In this document: one piece after another, positions 28,796 to 38,335 of the stretch
Numbering within the stretch: the stretch's first letter is position 1
Layout: each line of letters begins with the position of its first letter
Assembly: GCA_050015375.1 (NCBI GenBank)
Contig: JBEKBN010000005.1
Span: forward strand, 1,858-65,857
Direction: 5' to 3'
DNA from: Minisyncoccia bacterium
GTDB lineage: Bacteria; Patescibacteriota; Minisyncoccia; 2-02-FULL-40-12; IGHO2-01-FULL-4-A
Length of the DNA: 64,000 nucleotides
The notes under the pieces: model-generated
Told to the model about the DNA's origin: nothing
The model's database searches: none
What the model saw: the letters and a program-made list of their open reading frames with translations, nothing else
Made by a program: the position numbers and the translations under genes

Positions 28796-29101
28796 ATGAT
28801 TTTAAACATTAAAGATGTTGAGCATATCGCCGAATTGGCGAGGATAAAGCTGACGGGGGAGGAGAAAGAAAAAATGGCCGAGGACCTGGGCCAGATTTTG
28901 GATTATATAAATAAATTGAAAGAAATTAAAACTGATGGAGTGGAACCGACAGCGCAAGTGACAGGTTTGGAAAATGCTTTCAGAAAAGATGAAACAACTC
29001 CGGCCGATCCCGAACAGCGGCAGAAAATAATTGATGAATTTCCGCACAAAAAAGACGATTTCCTAAAAGTGAGAGCGGTGTTTGGTGAAAAAGAATCATG
29101 A
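28796..29101 (+). CDS. gatC: Asp/Glu-tRNA amidotransferase subunit C
   Basis: VEHIAELARI, GVEPT, FLKVRAV. Confidence 0.93.
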   Translation: MILNIKDVEHIAELARIKLTGEEKEKMAEDLGQILDYINKLKEIKTDGVEPTAQVTGLENAFRKDETTPADPEQRQKIIDEFPHKKDDFLKVRAVFGEKES

Positions 29102-29111
29102 ATCAAGAATC

Positions 29112-30590
29112 ATGGATTTGAAAAATCTGACAATCAAATCATTGCGCGACGGCTACGCCAAAAAAGAATTCACACCCGAAGAGATCCAGAAGGAGTTTTT
29201 GAAATTGATAGAGAAAGAAAATCCGAAACTCAACGTTTTCTTGTCTGTTTCCGAGAATCTCACCCATGATTCAAAATTCATGATTCATGATTCAATTCTT
29301 ACCGGTGTTCCATGCGCGATCAAGGATAATATTATGACCAAGGATTCGATCACCACCGCCGGCTCAAAAATTCTGAAGCATTACAAAGCGCCATACGATG
29401 CTACGGTGATCAAACTTTTGAAAAAACACGGAGCGATTTTTTTGGGCAAAACAAATATGGACGAATTTGCCATGGGTTCGACCACCGAAAATTCCGCTTT
29501 CGGGCCGACGAGAAATCCTCATGACCATGATCGCGTTACCGGCGGTTCATCAGGCGGTTCGGCGGCGGCTGTGGCTTCGGGGATGGCCGTCTTTGCTCTT
29601 GGTTCGGATACCGGCGGTTCGATCCGGGCGCCGGCATCTTGGTGCGGAGTTGTGGGTTTGAAGCCGACTTACGGAAGAGTTTCGCGCTACGGTCTCATTG
29701 CTATGGCTTCCAGTTTGGACCAGATAGGACCCATTACCAAAAATGTAGAAGACGCGGCCATTGTCATGAACGCCATTGCCGGCCACGATTCGATGGATTC
29801 AACGAGTTCACCCCCACACTCAAAATTTGAGTGTGGGGGCGAGCCAAAAGACACCCCCGATTTCACGAAAAATCTTGGCAAATCCATCAAAGGATTAAAA
29901 ATCGCCATCGCCAAAGAATTTTTCGGTTCACCTCCACACTCAGCGACTGAGTGTGGGGGCAAGGGTTTGAATTCAGAAGTGGCCGATGCCATCGAGAAAG
30001 CGATTTCAAAACTCCAATCCCAGGGCGCTCATATTGACTATGCCAGTTTGCCGTTGACGGACTATTCCATTGCTGTCTATTATATAATCGTGCCGGCGGA
30101 AATTTCAGCGAACCTGGCAAGGTTCGATGGCATCCGTTACGGCCATTCGTCGGTGAAAGGTAAAAATCTGCTTGACACCTATCTTGATTCCCGCGAGGAA
30201 GGTTTTGGCGCCGAGGTCAAACGCCGGATAATGCTCGGCACTTATACTTTGTCAGCCGGTTATTATGATGCTTATTATTTGAAAGCCCAAAAAGTCCGGA
30301 CTCTTATCAGACAAAGTTTTGACAAAATTTTTGAACATTATGACGCCATTATCGGTCCGACCATGCCTACGATCGCGCCTAAGATCGGGGAATACAACGA
30401 CCCATTGACTTTTTACATGGCTGATATTTACACCTGCCAGGCGAATCTGGCCGGACTGCCGGCGATTTCCGTGCCTTGCGGGTTCATTGAAACCGGTGGC
30501 AAAAAACTTCCGGTCGGTTTGCAGATCATCGGCAAACATTTTGACGAAGAAACGATTTTACGAATAGCCAATGCTTACTCGAATTCATAA
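29112..30590 (+). CDS. gatA: Asp/Glu-tRNA amidotransferase subunit A (with in-frame palindromic inserts)
   Basis: GKTNMDEFAMGS, GGSSGGS, GSDTGGSIR, RRIMLGT. Confidence 0.97.
   Translation: MDLKNLTIKSLRDGYAKKEFTPEEIQKEFLKLIEKENPKLNVFLSVSENLTHDSKFMIHDSILTGVPCAIKDNIMTKDSITTAGSKILKHYKAPYDATVIKLLKKHGAIFLGKTNMDEFAMGSTTENSAFGPTRNPHDHDRVTGGSSGGSAAAVASGMAVFALGSDTGGSIRAPASWCGVVGLKPTYGRVSRYGLIAMASSLDQIGPITKNVEDAAIVMNAIAGHDSMDSTSSPPHSKFECGGEPKDTPDFTKNLGKSIKGLKIAIAKEFFGSPPHSATECGGKGLNSEVADAIEKAISKLQSQGAHIDYASLPLTDYSIAVYYIIVPAEISANLARFDGIRYGHSSVKGKNLLDTYLDSREEGFGAEVKRRIMLGTYTLSAGYYDAYYLKAQKVRTLIRQSFDKIFEHYDAIIGPTMPTIAPKIGEYNDPLTFYMADIYTCQANLAGLPAISVPCGFIETGGKKLPVGLQIIGKHFDEETILRIANAYSNS
29811..29839. mobile_element. 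family B 29-bp palindrome in frame in gatA (PPHSKFECGG)
   Basis: CCCCCACACTCAAAATTTGAGTGTGGGGG. Confidence 0.8.
29931..29959. mobile_element. family B 29-bp palindrome in frame in gatA (PPHSATECGG)
   Basis: CCTCCACACTCAGCGACTGAGTGTGGGGG. Confidence 0.75.
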
Positions 30591-30599
30591 TTTTTTACC

Positions 30600-31142
30600 A
30601 TGAGTTGGATGATCTTATTCCATAATATCACCGCTTCCATTTCAAGTTTTATTTCCGGACTGGATCTGGCGGTTTGGCTTTCATATTTTAAAGATGTAAT
30701 GATATTCATCTCAATAATTTTTGGGATTTTGTTTGTGGTCTTGATCTTTAAACTTCGGTCGTTGATAAAAAGCAGAGTCGAGGAGATCGAGACCGAACTA
30801 AAATCGCCAGCTGAAGCCATAACGACCTATGATATTCGTTGGGACGAGATCAAAAAACATGTCCAGTCATTCAACGAAGCTGAATGGAAAATGGCCGTCA
30901 TCGAAGGCGACAAATTCACAGATGACGCGCTTAAGGCCGGCGGCTACGCCGGAGAATCCATGGGCGAACGGCTGATGCTGATCGAACCGGGCCAGCTTTT
31001 GTCTTTGCAAAATCTGTGGGACGCCCACAAATTAAGGAATCTTCTGGTTCACGACGCCAACTACCAGCTCGATCATCGCCAAGCGGTCATGGCCATCGAG
31101 GCCTTCGAACAAGCGTTGAGAGAATTGGGGGCGCTGTCATAA
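30600..31142 (+). CDS. membrane-anchored hypothetical protein
   Basis: TM; AVIEGDK...GESMGERL...WDAHKLRNLLVH. Confidence 0.75.
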   Translation: MSWMILFHNITASISSFISGLDLAVWLSYFKDVMIFISIIFGILFVVLIFKLRSLIKSRVEEIETELKSPAEAITTYDIRWDEIKKHVQSFNEAEWKMAVIEGDKFTDDALKAGGYAGESMGERLMLIEPGQLLSLQNLWDAHKLRNLLVHDANYQLDHRQAVMAIEAFEQALRELGALS

Positions 31143-32806
31143 TGCTACACCGTTCTCAAGTTTTTTTGCTGATCATGCTGGCCTTCATCAGCGGTATTTT
31201 TTTGGGCTCGTTCGTTTCGGTTGATCAAAAATATGTTTGGATCGCCATAGCGATCTGCGCGGCCGCGGTCGCTGTTTTTTTTCGGCGCGACTCCAAGCTT
31301 CTTCGTCCGAAGGTCGCTTTTTACGCTTTTTTGGCCCTGATCTTCCTGTTCGGTTTTTCCCGCATCAACACCACGAACTCTGAAAAACATTTGCTCCAAG
31401 AATTCGCCAAAGCCGCCGCCAACATCAAAGATCCTTCAGGTAAACACAAAGTTAAGATTGACCTCATCGGCTATATCAACAACGAACCATCCCGCGGCGC
31501 CAAAATGCAATCATTTGTTTTTAAATCGAAGGAATTGATCTCTGGCAATTACTCCGCCGATACCGATGAAAGCGTTTTGGTCAACACCGATTTTTTTCCG
31601 GAGTACAAATATGGCCAAAAACTCGAGATCTACGGAGAATTGCAATTGCCGTCGAGCACGGCCAGCCCCCACACTCAAAATTTGAGTGTGGGGGCCAGTT
31701 CCTCGATGGACCCCGTTAGAGGCAAGACACCGTCCCAGGTGTCTGCCGACACGCCTTCGGCGGGGCGGGCCTCTAACGGGGTGGATTACGCCGCTTATCT
31801 CGCCAAAGATGATATTTTCACGACGATGTATCAGCCGATGATAAGACAGGTTGATTTCAATTTTTCTTTTTTTGAAAAATATAAAGTTGCGATTTTGCAA
31901 AAAATATTCACTTTCAAATCGGCTTTTGAAACAGCCGTAAGCAAAGCCATTCCCGAACCCAACGCCGCTTTCGTCAACGGAATTTTGCTTGGCAGTCGAG
32001 CCCAAATTCCGGATGCTCTCAAAAATGATTTTGCCATCACCAGCACAACCCACATTCTGGCCATCTCCGGTTTCAATATTACCATCGTCGCCGGAATTCT
32101 CGCTTCATTTTTTCTTTTCTTTTTCAAACGCCGGACGGCATTCTGGTTCGCCATCGCCGGCATCGCACTTTTCACGATCCTGACTGGCGCCCAGGCCTCG
32201 GTCATTCGGGCGGCGATCATGGGCTGTTTGTTCTTGCTGGCAACGCGAGTTGGTAGGCCTTACACTGCCCGAAACGCCGTAATATTCGCCGGCGCCTTGA
32301 TGGTTTTGCTAAGCCCGGAAATTTTACGATACGATGTAGGTTTTCAGCTTTCTTTCATGGCAACTTTGGGTCTGATATATCTCTGTCCGTTTTTCACCGA
32401 CAAATTCAAAAAGATCACAAATTTTTTCGGTCTGCGAGAGAATCTAGCCATGACATTATCGGCGCAAATTGCCGTTCTTCCTCTTCTGATATTTTATTTC
32501 AACCGATTGTCAATTGTTTCTCTGCCAACAAATCTTCTGGTCTTGCCGATGGTGCCCCTGGCGATGCTCTTGGGTTTCGTCGCCGGATTGGCCGGGATGA
32601 TCTTGCCATTTTTGGGCGTCATTATCGGATATTTCGCCTGGTTTTTGACTGCGATACAGCTCTGGTTGGTGGAATTTTTTGCCAAGCCGTCATGGGCGGC
32701 GCCGGCGGTTGCTTTTCCGTGGTATGCTTTGGCGATAACTTATGTGGTCATGATTTTTGTGATCTACAAATGGATTTATGCTCGGCCCAAACCAAAACAA
32801 AAATGA
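31142..32806 (+). CDS. comEC: ComEC/Rec2 DNA uptake channel
   Basis: HILAISGFNI, SVIRAAIM, DVGFQLSFMAT; ATG at 31142. Confidence 0.93.
   Translation: MLHRSQVFLLIMLAFISGIFLGSFVSVDQKYVWIAIAICAAAVAVFFRRDSKLLRPKVAFYAFLALIFLFGFSRINTTNSEKHLLQEFAKAAANIKDPSGKHKVKIDLIGYINNEPSRGAKMQSFVFKSKELISGNYSADTDESVLVNTDFFPEYKYGQKLEIYGELQLPSSTASPHTQNLSVGASSSMDPVRGKTPSQVSADTPSAGRASNGVDYAAYLAKDDIFTTMYQPMIRQVDFNFSFFEKYKVAILQKIFTFKSAFETAVSKAIPEPNAAFVNGILLGSRAQIPDALKNDFAITSTTHILAISGFNITIVAGILASFFLFFFKRRTAFWFAIAGIALFTILTGAQASVIRAAIMGCLFLLATRVGRPYTARNAVIFAGALMVLLSPEILRYDVGFQLSFMATLGLIYLCPFFTDKFKKITNFFGLRENLAMTLSAQIAVLPLLIFYFNRLSIVSLPTNLLVLPMVPLAMLLGFVAGLAGMILPFLGVIIGYFAWFLTAIQLWLVEFFAKPSWAAPAVAFPWYALAITYVVMIFVIYKWIYARPKPKQK
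31666..31781. mobile_element. adjacent in-frame family B (31666-31694, TSD CCAG) and family A (31711-31781, TSD TGGA) elements in comEC
   Basis: 29+4=33 nt and 71+4=75 nt, both multiples of 3. Confidence 0.85.
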
Positions 32807-33686
32807 TCTGACGAATGGTCACAAAGCGATCTCCCGACTCGAATGGTATGTTTTTTCGGTGATTTTGGTCGCGGCAATTCTAAGTTTCATTGCCGTCAAT
32901 GCCCAGGCCATCGGCGACGGATATTTGCGGATATATTTTCTCGATGTCGGCCAGGGCGATTCCGAATTCATCCAAAATTTCAACGGCAACCAGGTTTTGA
33001 TAGACGGCGGACCAGACGACAAGGTCTTGTCCGATTTGGCCAAGGTCATGCCCATCAATGACCGCTCTATCGACATGGTCATCCTGACCCATCCGCATTC
33101 CGACCACGTCACCGGCCTCATCGATGTTTTGAAAAGATACCAGGTCGGACAAATTTTGGAAAATAATTATCCCTACCAGGCGCCCGTTTACGACGAATGG
33201 AATAAAATAAAAACCAATTCTGTCGTCACTCAAGCAGTGGCCGGGCAAGTCGTTGACCTTGGCGGGGGAGTGAAGATGACCGTGGTGTTTCCGGGTGTTT
33301 CCGAGGCCGGCAAGTTCAACAGCAATCCCAATAATACTTCCGTCGTCACTCGGCTGACGTATGGCGATGAGTCAGTTTTGTTCACCGGCGACATTGAAGC
33401 GCCGGTGGAGAAAAAATTGACGCTCAATGGCAGTATCCTTGATTCTGATTTTTTGAAAATCGGCCATCACGGTTCGCGGACTTCGACAACGGAGGATTTC
33501 TTGAACGCCGTGACGCCAAAAGTCGCTTTTATCGAAGTCGGAGCCGGCAATACTTTCGGCCATCCGAATCAGGAAGTCCTCGACCGGCTTGCAAATCACG
33601 GGATAAAATATTATCGTACAGATAAGGACGGCACGATAGAACTGATTCTTGACGGTCAGTCCTTTTCAACCAAGGAGAACATATGA
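32778..33686 (+). CDS. ComEC-associated metallo-beta-lactamase fold protein
   Basis: FLDVGQGD, THPHSDH, LKIGHHGS, YRTD..G. Confidence 0.9.
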   Translation: MLGPNQNKNDLTNGHKAISRLEWYVFSVILVAAILSFIAVNAQAIGDGYLRIYFLDVGQGDSEFIQNFNGNQVLIDGGPDDKVLSDLAKVMPINDRSIDMVILTHPHSDHVTGLIDVLKRYQVGQILENNYPYQAPVYDEWNKIKTNSVVTQAVAGQVVDLGGGVKMTVVFPGVSEAGKFNSNPNNTSVVTRLTYGDESVLFTGDIEAPVEKKLTLNGSILDSDFLKIGHHGSRTSTTEDFLNAVTPKVAFIEVGAGNTFGHPNQEVLDRLANHGIKYYRTDKDGTIELILDGQSFSTKENI

Positions 33687-34198
33687 GCAAAGATAAACTC
33701 GAAAGAACATTGGTCTTGTTAAAACCCGATGCCATCCATCGGGGAATTACCGGCGAGATAATCACCCGGTTCGAGAGGATCGGGGCAAAGTTGGTCGGTC
33801 TGAAATTGTTGGTTTCGGAGCGTGACACGGCCGAGAAACACTATACCGAGGATTTGGCAAAACGACGGGGCGAACGGGTTCGCCAGCTTATGATAAAAAT
33901 GCTGACTGCGAGCCCGATTGTAGCCATGGTTTGGGAAGGCGTTGAAATTGTTGAAGTCACCCGCAAAATTGTCGGAGAAACCGAGCCCCAAAAAGCCCTT
34001 CCGGGAACAATTCGAGGCGACTATTCCCATGTTTCATATGCTTATTCAGACGCGAAGAAAATCGGCGTTTTTAATCTGATACACGCTTCGGCTTCACCGG
34101 AAGAAGCGGAGGTTGAAATCGGAGTTTGGTTCAAACCCGAAGAATTAGTGAACCACAAACCCTATTATACTCGACTGACCTTGCGTGAAGACGAATAA
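33683..34198 (+). CDS. ndk: nucleoside diphosphate kinase
   Basis: ERTLVLLKPDA, PGTIRGDY, NLIHAS. Confidence 0.95.
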   Translation: MSKDKLERTLVLLKPDAIHRGITGEIITRFERIGAKLVGLKLLVSERDTAEKHYTEDLAKRRGERVRQLMIKMLTASPIVAMVWEGVEIVEVTRKIVGETEPQKALPGTIRGDYSHVSYAYSDAKKIGVFNLIHASASPEEAEVEIGVWFKPEELVNHKPYYTRLTLREDE

Positions 34199-34226
34199 CT
34201 AGCTGACTTTCGGGTCAGCTTTTTTC

Positions 34227-34733
34227 TTGATGGGAAACAAAAACGAAAATAAACTAGATCCCAGATTGCATTTCGTGGTTGCGACAGCTATAATCCACCG
34301 AAAGAGAAAAGACAAGACCCGCGAGTATTTAATATTGAAGCGGGCGGCGCATGAAAAAGCATTTCCCAACCGCTGGACCGTGCCCGGCGGAAAACTGGTC
34401 CTTCACGAATACGAGAAACTGCCCAAGACAACTATTTCACAATGGTACAACGTCGTTGACTGGGTCTTGAAAAAAGAGGTCAAAGAGGAGGCCAATCTTG
34501 AGATCCACCAGCCGGAATATCTCTGCGACCTGACTTTCGTCAGGCCGGACGGCTATCCGGTGGTAACCCTTTCATATTTCGCCAAATACAAAAAAGGCAT
34601 TGCCAAACCCGGAAAAGATTTAACAGACCACGCCTGGGTCACCCTCAAAGAAGCCAAAAAATACGACCTCATCGAAGGCATTTGGAACGAAATCAAAGAA
34701 GTCGAAAAGATACTCAAATCAAAATCCCGCTGA
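34227..34733 (+). CDS. NUDIX hydrolase
   Basis: WTVPGGK...LKKEVKEEANL. Confidence 0.85.
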   Translation: MMGNKNENKLDPRLHFVVATAIIHRKRKDKTREYLILKRAAHEKAFPNRWTVPGGKLVLHEYEKLPKTTISQWYNVVDWVLKKEVKEEANLEIHQPEYLCDLTFVRPDGYPVVTLSYFAKYKKGIAKPGKDLTDHAWVTLKEAKKYDLIEGIWNEIKEVEKILKSKSR

Positions 34734-34795
34734 TTGCGGGATTTTGATTTAGTCGGGCTGCGGGGAATCGGCTTCGATCTCATTCCGTTTTGTTG

Positions 34796-35071
34796 TTATT
34801 TGAATGGTTTTCCGTACTTGATTAAATATTCTTTCTTTTCACGACGCCATTTCTTAATTTGTGTTTCTCTTTTTCTAGCATTGAGCAGGTCTGGATGTTC
34901 TTCTTTGTAAACCAGTTGAAATGTTTTGTTTCTTTTTGTAAATTCAGCTCCTTCTCCTTTTTGATGCCTTTGAATCCTAGCTTCAATATTGGAAGTTGTT
35001 CCAATATAAATATGGTCTCGCGGTCCTCGGAGAATATAAACGAAGTAACTAGAATTGTTGGTCGAAGACAT
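34796..35071 (-). CDS. GIY-YIG nuclease family protein
   Basis: YFVYIL...IYIGTT...RI.RH..G.GA.FT...RETQIKKW.R.KK. Confidence 0.9.
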   Translation of the reverse strand: MSSTNNSSYFVYILRGPRDHIYIGTTSNIEARIQRHQKGEGAEFTKRNKTFQLVYKEEHPDLLNARKRETQIKKWRREKKEYLIKYGKPFK

Positions 35072-35147
35072 TGAGCAGCAAAGCGAAAGAAATGAGCAGA
35101 GCTTCGACAAGCTCAGCTCATTTCGCCACGCTTTGCGTGTCGAAATG

Positions 35148-35218
35148 TCGGGCCGTGGGGAATCGAACCCCAGCTGCAAGACCCCCAGCCTCGCGTACTA
35201 CCATTATACGACGACCCG
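35148..35218 (-). tRNA. tRNA-Pro(GGG)
   Basis: Minus strand CGGGTCG...CGAGG-CTGGGGG-TCTTG...GGTTCGATTCC...CGGCCCGA. Confidence 0.88.
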
Positions 35219-35235
35219 AAATTATTGTTTTGTTC

Positions 35236-35931
35236 TCACAAACCTTCCGGAAATTTCCCTCCCCTAAACACGAAACGCGTTTCTTCGGTTTCATTTTCTC
35301 CCAAATATTCTTCCGGAAATACCGATTTAGGCATTCTTAAAATTAAATATTTTATTTGTTGAGGCAGCAAATCTCCGCTCACGTGCCGGCAAAAATTTTC
35401 TCTGAAAGCGGTATCTCTTATATCTGTATCGCCGGCTTTAGCTTTTCCAACTTCTATTGGTTCAACTTGAAGATTTCCCGGTTCAAACCCGATCAAGGAT
35501 CGGATATCAAAAGCAATTAATAATTTTATTGGCCCGGGCGCTCGGGCTTCAGCAAAGGCGATTTTTACGCCTTCCAGCTCAGGGATCACCGCATTAGCGT
35601 AATGATCTTTTCTGTCACCAACATGAATGGGCCGGTGGTCAATTATTGATTCAAAGATTTTGCTCATACTCTCGCATCGCAACATTAACCCCTCTTTTTT
35701 CATTGAATCATAAATTTTGGCGACATCGCCCGTGAGTTCCATCTTTATAATACTTTCAAGAAAGAAAAAAACCCTCTTCAATATCTCTCTAGCTTCCTCG
35801 GGAGTTTTTGAGTTTTCTAATTGTCTAGCCAGAGTTGTTATTATAGACCGATCAACGTCCTCTAATTTTTTCACCGGTGTGTTCGGTTCCTGCGTGGTTT
35901 TTTCAAAACTGTTCATTTTGAATTTATTCAA
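35236..35931 (-). CDS. hypothetical protein
   Basis: 231-aa ORF with coding-like composition. Confidence 0.65.
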   Translation of the reverse strand: MNKFKMNSFEKTTQEPNTPVKKLEDVDRSIITTLARQLENSKTPEEAREILKRVFFFLESIIKMELTGDVAKIYDSMKKEGLMLRCESMSKIFESIIDHRPIHVGDRKDHYANAVIPELEGVKIAFAEARAPGPIKLLIAFDIRSLIGFEPGNLQVEPIEVGKAKAGDTDIRDTAFRENFCRHVSGDLLPQQIKYLILRMPKSVFPEEYLGENETEETRFVFRGGKFPEGL

Positions 35932-35956
35932 TTTTTTTGAGGAGATTTACGAACCG

Positions 35957-36145
35957 CTAGGTCTTGGCGACTTTAGCTTGGGCTTTGAGGCAGGAAGTGC
36001 AGATCTTGATTCGCTTGCCGTCAACTCGTGCCCATTGCAAATTCGGATATTTTTTGTACCGATTCACGATATTATAATTTCCGCGCAGTAGCTTGCGCTT
36101 GTTGGCCATCACCGGTTTTTTTCCGCAAATAGGACACTTAGTCAT
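35957..36145 (-). CDS. rpmB: 50S ribosomal protein L28
   Basis: CPICGK...YPNLQ...KICTSCLK. Confidence 0.92.
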   Translation of the reverse strand: MTKCPICGKKPVMANKRKLLRGNYNIVNRYKKYPNLQWARVDGKRIKICTSCLKAQAKVAKT

Positions 36146-36182
36146 GATTTACATCATATCCTAAAGATGCTAAATTAGCAAT

Positions 36183-36791
36183 ATGTCCCCGCTGGAAATC
36201 ATATTTTTAATCGTCGTTTTCCTGTATTCCGTGGTTTTGCACGAAGTATCCCACGGTTTCGTGGCTTACAGCATGGGCGACAACACGGCCAGGGATCTCG
36301 GCCGATTGACCCTTAATCCGCTCAAACATCTGGACTTTTTCGGTTCGATAATTTTGCCGTTGTTTCTTTTTCTGGTGGGCTCGCCGTTCTTGTTCGGCTA
36401 CGCCAAGCCGGTGCCTTACAATCCGCTGAATCTCAATGACCGAAAATACGGCCCGGCCAAAGTTGCCATCGCCGGCCCGATAGTCAACTTCATCCTTGCG
36501 GTCATGTTCGGGCTGGTTTTGAGGTTTTTGCCGAGTTCCACCGGTCCAGCTTTGCCGATCCTTCTGGGTTATATCGTCCAGATCAATTTGTTGCTGGCGA
36601 TATTCAATTTAGTGCCGATTCCGCCGCTTGACGGCCATTGGATATTGTTCACTTTTTTGCCGGCCAGATTCGACCATGTCAGGCAAACCCTTAGCCGCTA
36701 CGGCATTTTTATATTACTGATCTTCCTGTTCTTTATTTTCCCGTTCATCCTGCCCTTGATTAATTTTCTTTATAGAGTTATAGTTAATTAG
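36183..36791 (+). CDS. site-2 protease family (M50) peptidase
   Basis: LHEVSHG, GRLTLNP, FNLVPIPPLDG. Confidence 0.92.
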   Translation: MSPLEIIFLIVVFLYSVVLHEVSHGFVAYSMGDNTARDLGRLTLNPLKHLDFFGSIILPLFLFLVGSPFLFGYAKPVPYNPLNLNDRKYGPAKVAIAGPIVNFILAVMFGLVLRFLPSSTGPALPILLGYIVQINLLLAIFNLVPIPPLDGHWILFTFLPARFDHVRQTLSRYGIFILLIFLFFIFPFILPLINFLYRVIVN

Positions 36792-36991
36792 CGTCTGAGC
36801 ACAGGCGAATGAAATGAGCCGAGCACAGAAACGATAATTAACCCAGCACATATTTTACCATAAGAGGCGAGACCAGTTTGGCAATGGAGGTTATTGGTAA
36901 TTGCCCTCGCTATTGAGGGTTTTGTTTGCGGTAAAATATGTGCTGGGTGCTCATTTTATTACCCAATCGCTTTGCTCTTGGATAAAATGGC

Positions 36992-37402
36992 ATGCCGACA
37001 TTCAACCAATTGCTGAAAAAACCCAGAACCAAAGCCAAGGCGAAGACCAAATCGCCGGCTTTGTCGTTCGGCTTCAATACCAAAAAGAACCGTCCGATGA
37101 AATATAACTCGCCGTTCAAAAGGGGAGTGGCTACCAAAGTCACGACCATCACTCCAAAAAAACCGAATTCCGCTTTGCGGAAGATCGCCCGGGTCCGCTT
37201 AACCAACGGCATGGAAGTCACCGCCTATATTCCTGGCGTCGGCCATAATTTGCAGGAACACTCGGTTGTCACCCTTCGAGGCGGCAGAGTCAAAGATCTG
37301 CCCGGCGTCCAGTATCATATCATCCGGGGCCGGCTGGATGCCACCGGTGTTGAAAACCGCAAACAAGGCCGGAGTAAATATGGGGCCAAAGCTCCCAAAT
37401 AA
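36992..37402 (+). CDS. rpsL: 30S ribosomal protein S12
   Basis: [21 protein letters not shown]. Confidence 0.98.
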   Translation: MPTFNQLLKKPRTKAKAKTKSPALSFGFNTKKNRPMKYNSPFKRGVATKVTTITPKKPNSALRKIARVRLTNGMEVTAYIPGVGHNLQEHSVVTLRGGRVKDLPGVQYHIIRGRLDATGVENRKQGRSKYGAKAPK

Positions 37403-37404
37403 AT

Positions 37405-37872
37405 ATGCGCAGAGCCACCAAACGTCGACAACCGCTTGAACCCGACAGAAAATACAACTCCATTCTCGTGGCCGGTTTTATCAATAAAATTATGCAAAAT
37501 GGCAAGAAAAATATTGCCGAGAAAATCGTCTACGGCGCCCTTGAAAATGCCGAGAAAAAGATCGGCAAACCGGCGATGGAGGTTTTGGACTTGGTCATTG
37601 AAAATGCCGGTCCGCAATTGGAATTGAAATCGCGGCGCATCGGCGGCGCCAATTATCAGGTTCCTTACGAGATAAAAGGCAATCGCCGGATGACCCTGGC
37701 TTTCCGCTGGATCATTGAGGCCGCCCGGAACGGCAAAGGCAAACCGATGGAACAAAAATTGACCGAAGAATTGATAAACGCTTTCAACAACACCGGTGTG
37801 GCCGTCAAAAAGAAACAGGACACTCATCGCATGGCTGACGCCAACAAAGCGTTTGCGCATTTCGCCTGGTGA
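37405..37872 (+). CDS. rpsG: 30S ribosomal protein S7
   Basis: RRIGGANYQVP, HRMADANKAFAHF. Confidence 0.98.
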   Translation: MRRATKRRQPLEPDRKYNSILVAGFINKIMQNGKKNIAEKIVYGALENAEKKIGKPAMEVLDLVIENAGPQLELKSRRIGGANYQVPYEIKGNRRMTLAFRWIIEAARNGKGKPMEQKLTEELINAFNNTGVAVKKKQDTHRMADANKAFAHFAW

Positions 37873-38335
37873 GTTACTACGAAATTACGAATCTTTACGA
37901 ATATACGAATGGAATTGAAGAGAAAAGATCTTATACTTCCAGAACTAAGCTATAAAATTATAGGAGTATTGTTCGATGTTTTCAATTACTTAGGTTACGA
38001 ATATAGAGAAAAGTATTATCAAAGAGCGATTGCGAAAGCATTCAAAGAAATAAGAGTAAATTTTAAAGAGCAGGTATACTCGCCAATTGAATACAAAGGA
38101 GAAAATATTGGTGGTTATTTTTTCGACTTTTTAGTAGAAAACAAAATTATTCTTGAAATTAAAAGAGGAGACAATTTTTCTTCAAACGATATATCACAAA
38201 TTCTTTCTTACTTGAAAAAATCAAAATTACAGCTTGGTATCCTCGCACGTTTTTCAAGTAAAGGTTTGAAGTATAGGAGGATTGTTAATATAAATTGATT
38301 CGTATATTCGTAGCAATTCGTAATTTCGTAGTAAC
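37873..38335. mobile_element. GxxExxY cassette bounded by 38-bp inverted repeats made of TACGAA units
   Basis: 37873-37910 vs 38298-38335, 35/38 complementary. Confidence 0.75.
37909..38298 (+). CDS. GxxExxY protein (PD-(D/E)xK-like)
   Basis: LGYEYREKYYQ, FDFLVENKIILEIK, Q.LSYL. Confidence 0.88.
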   Translation: MELKRKDLILPELSYKIIGVLFDVFNYLGYEYREKYYQRAIAKAFKEIRVNFKEQVYSPIEYKGENIGGYFFDFLVENKIILEIKRGDNFSSNDISQILSYLKKSKLQLGILARFSSKGLKYRRIVNIN

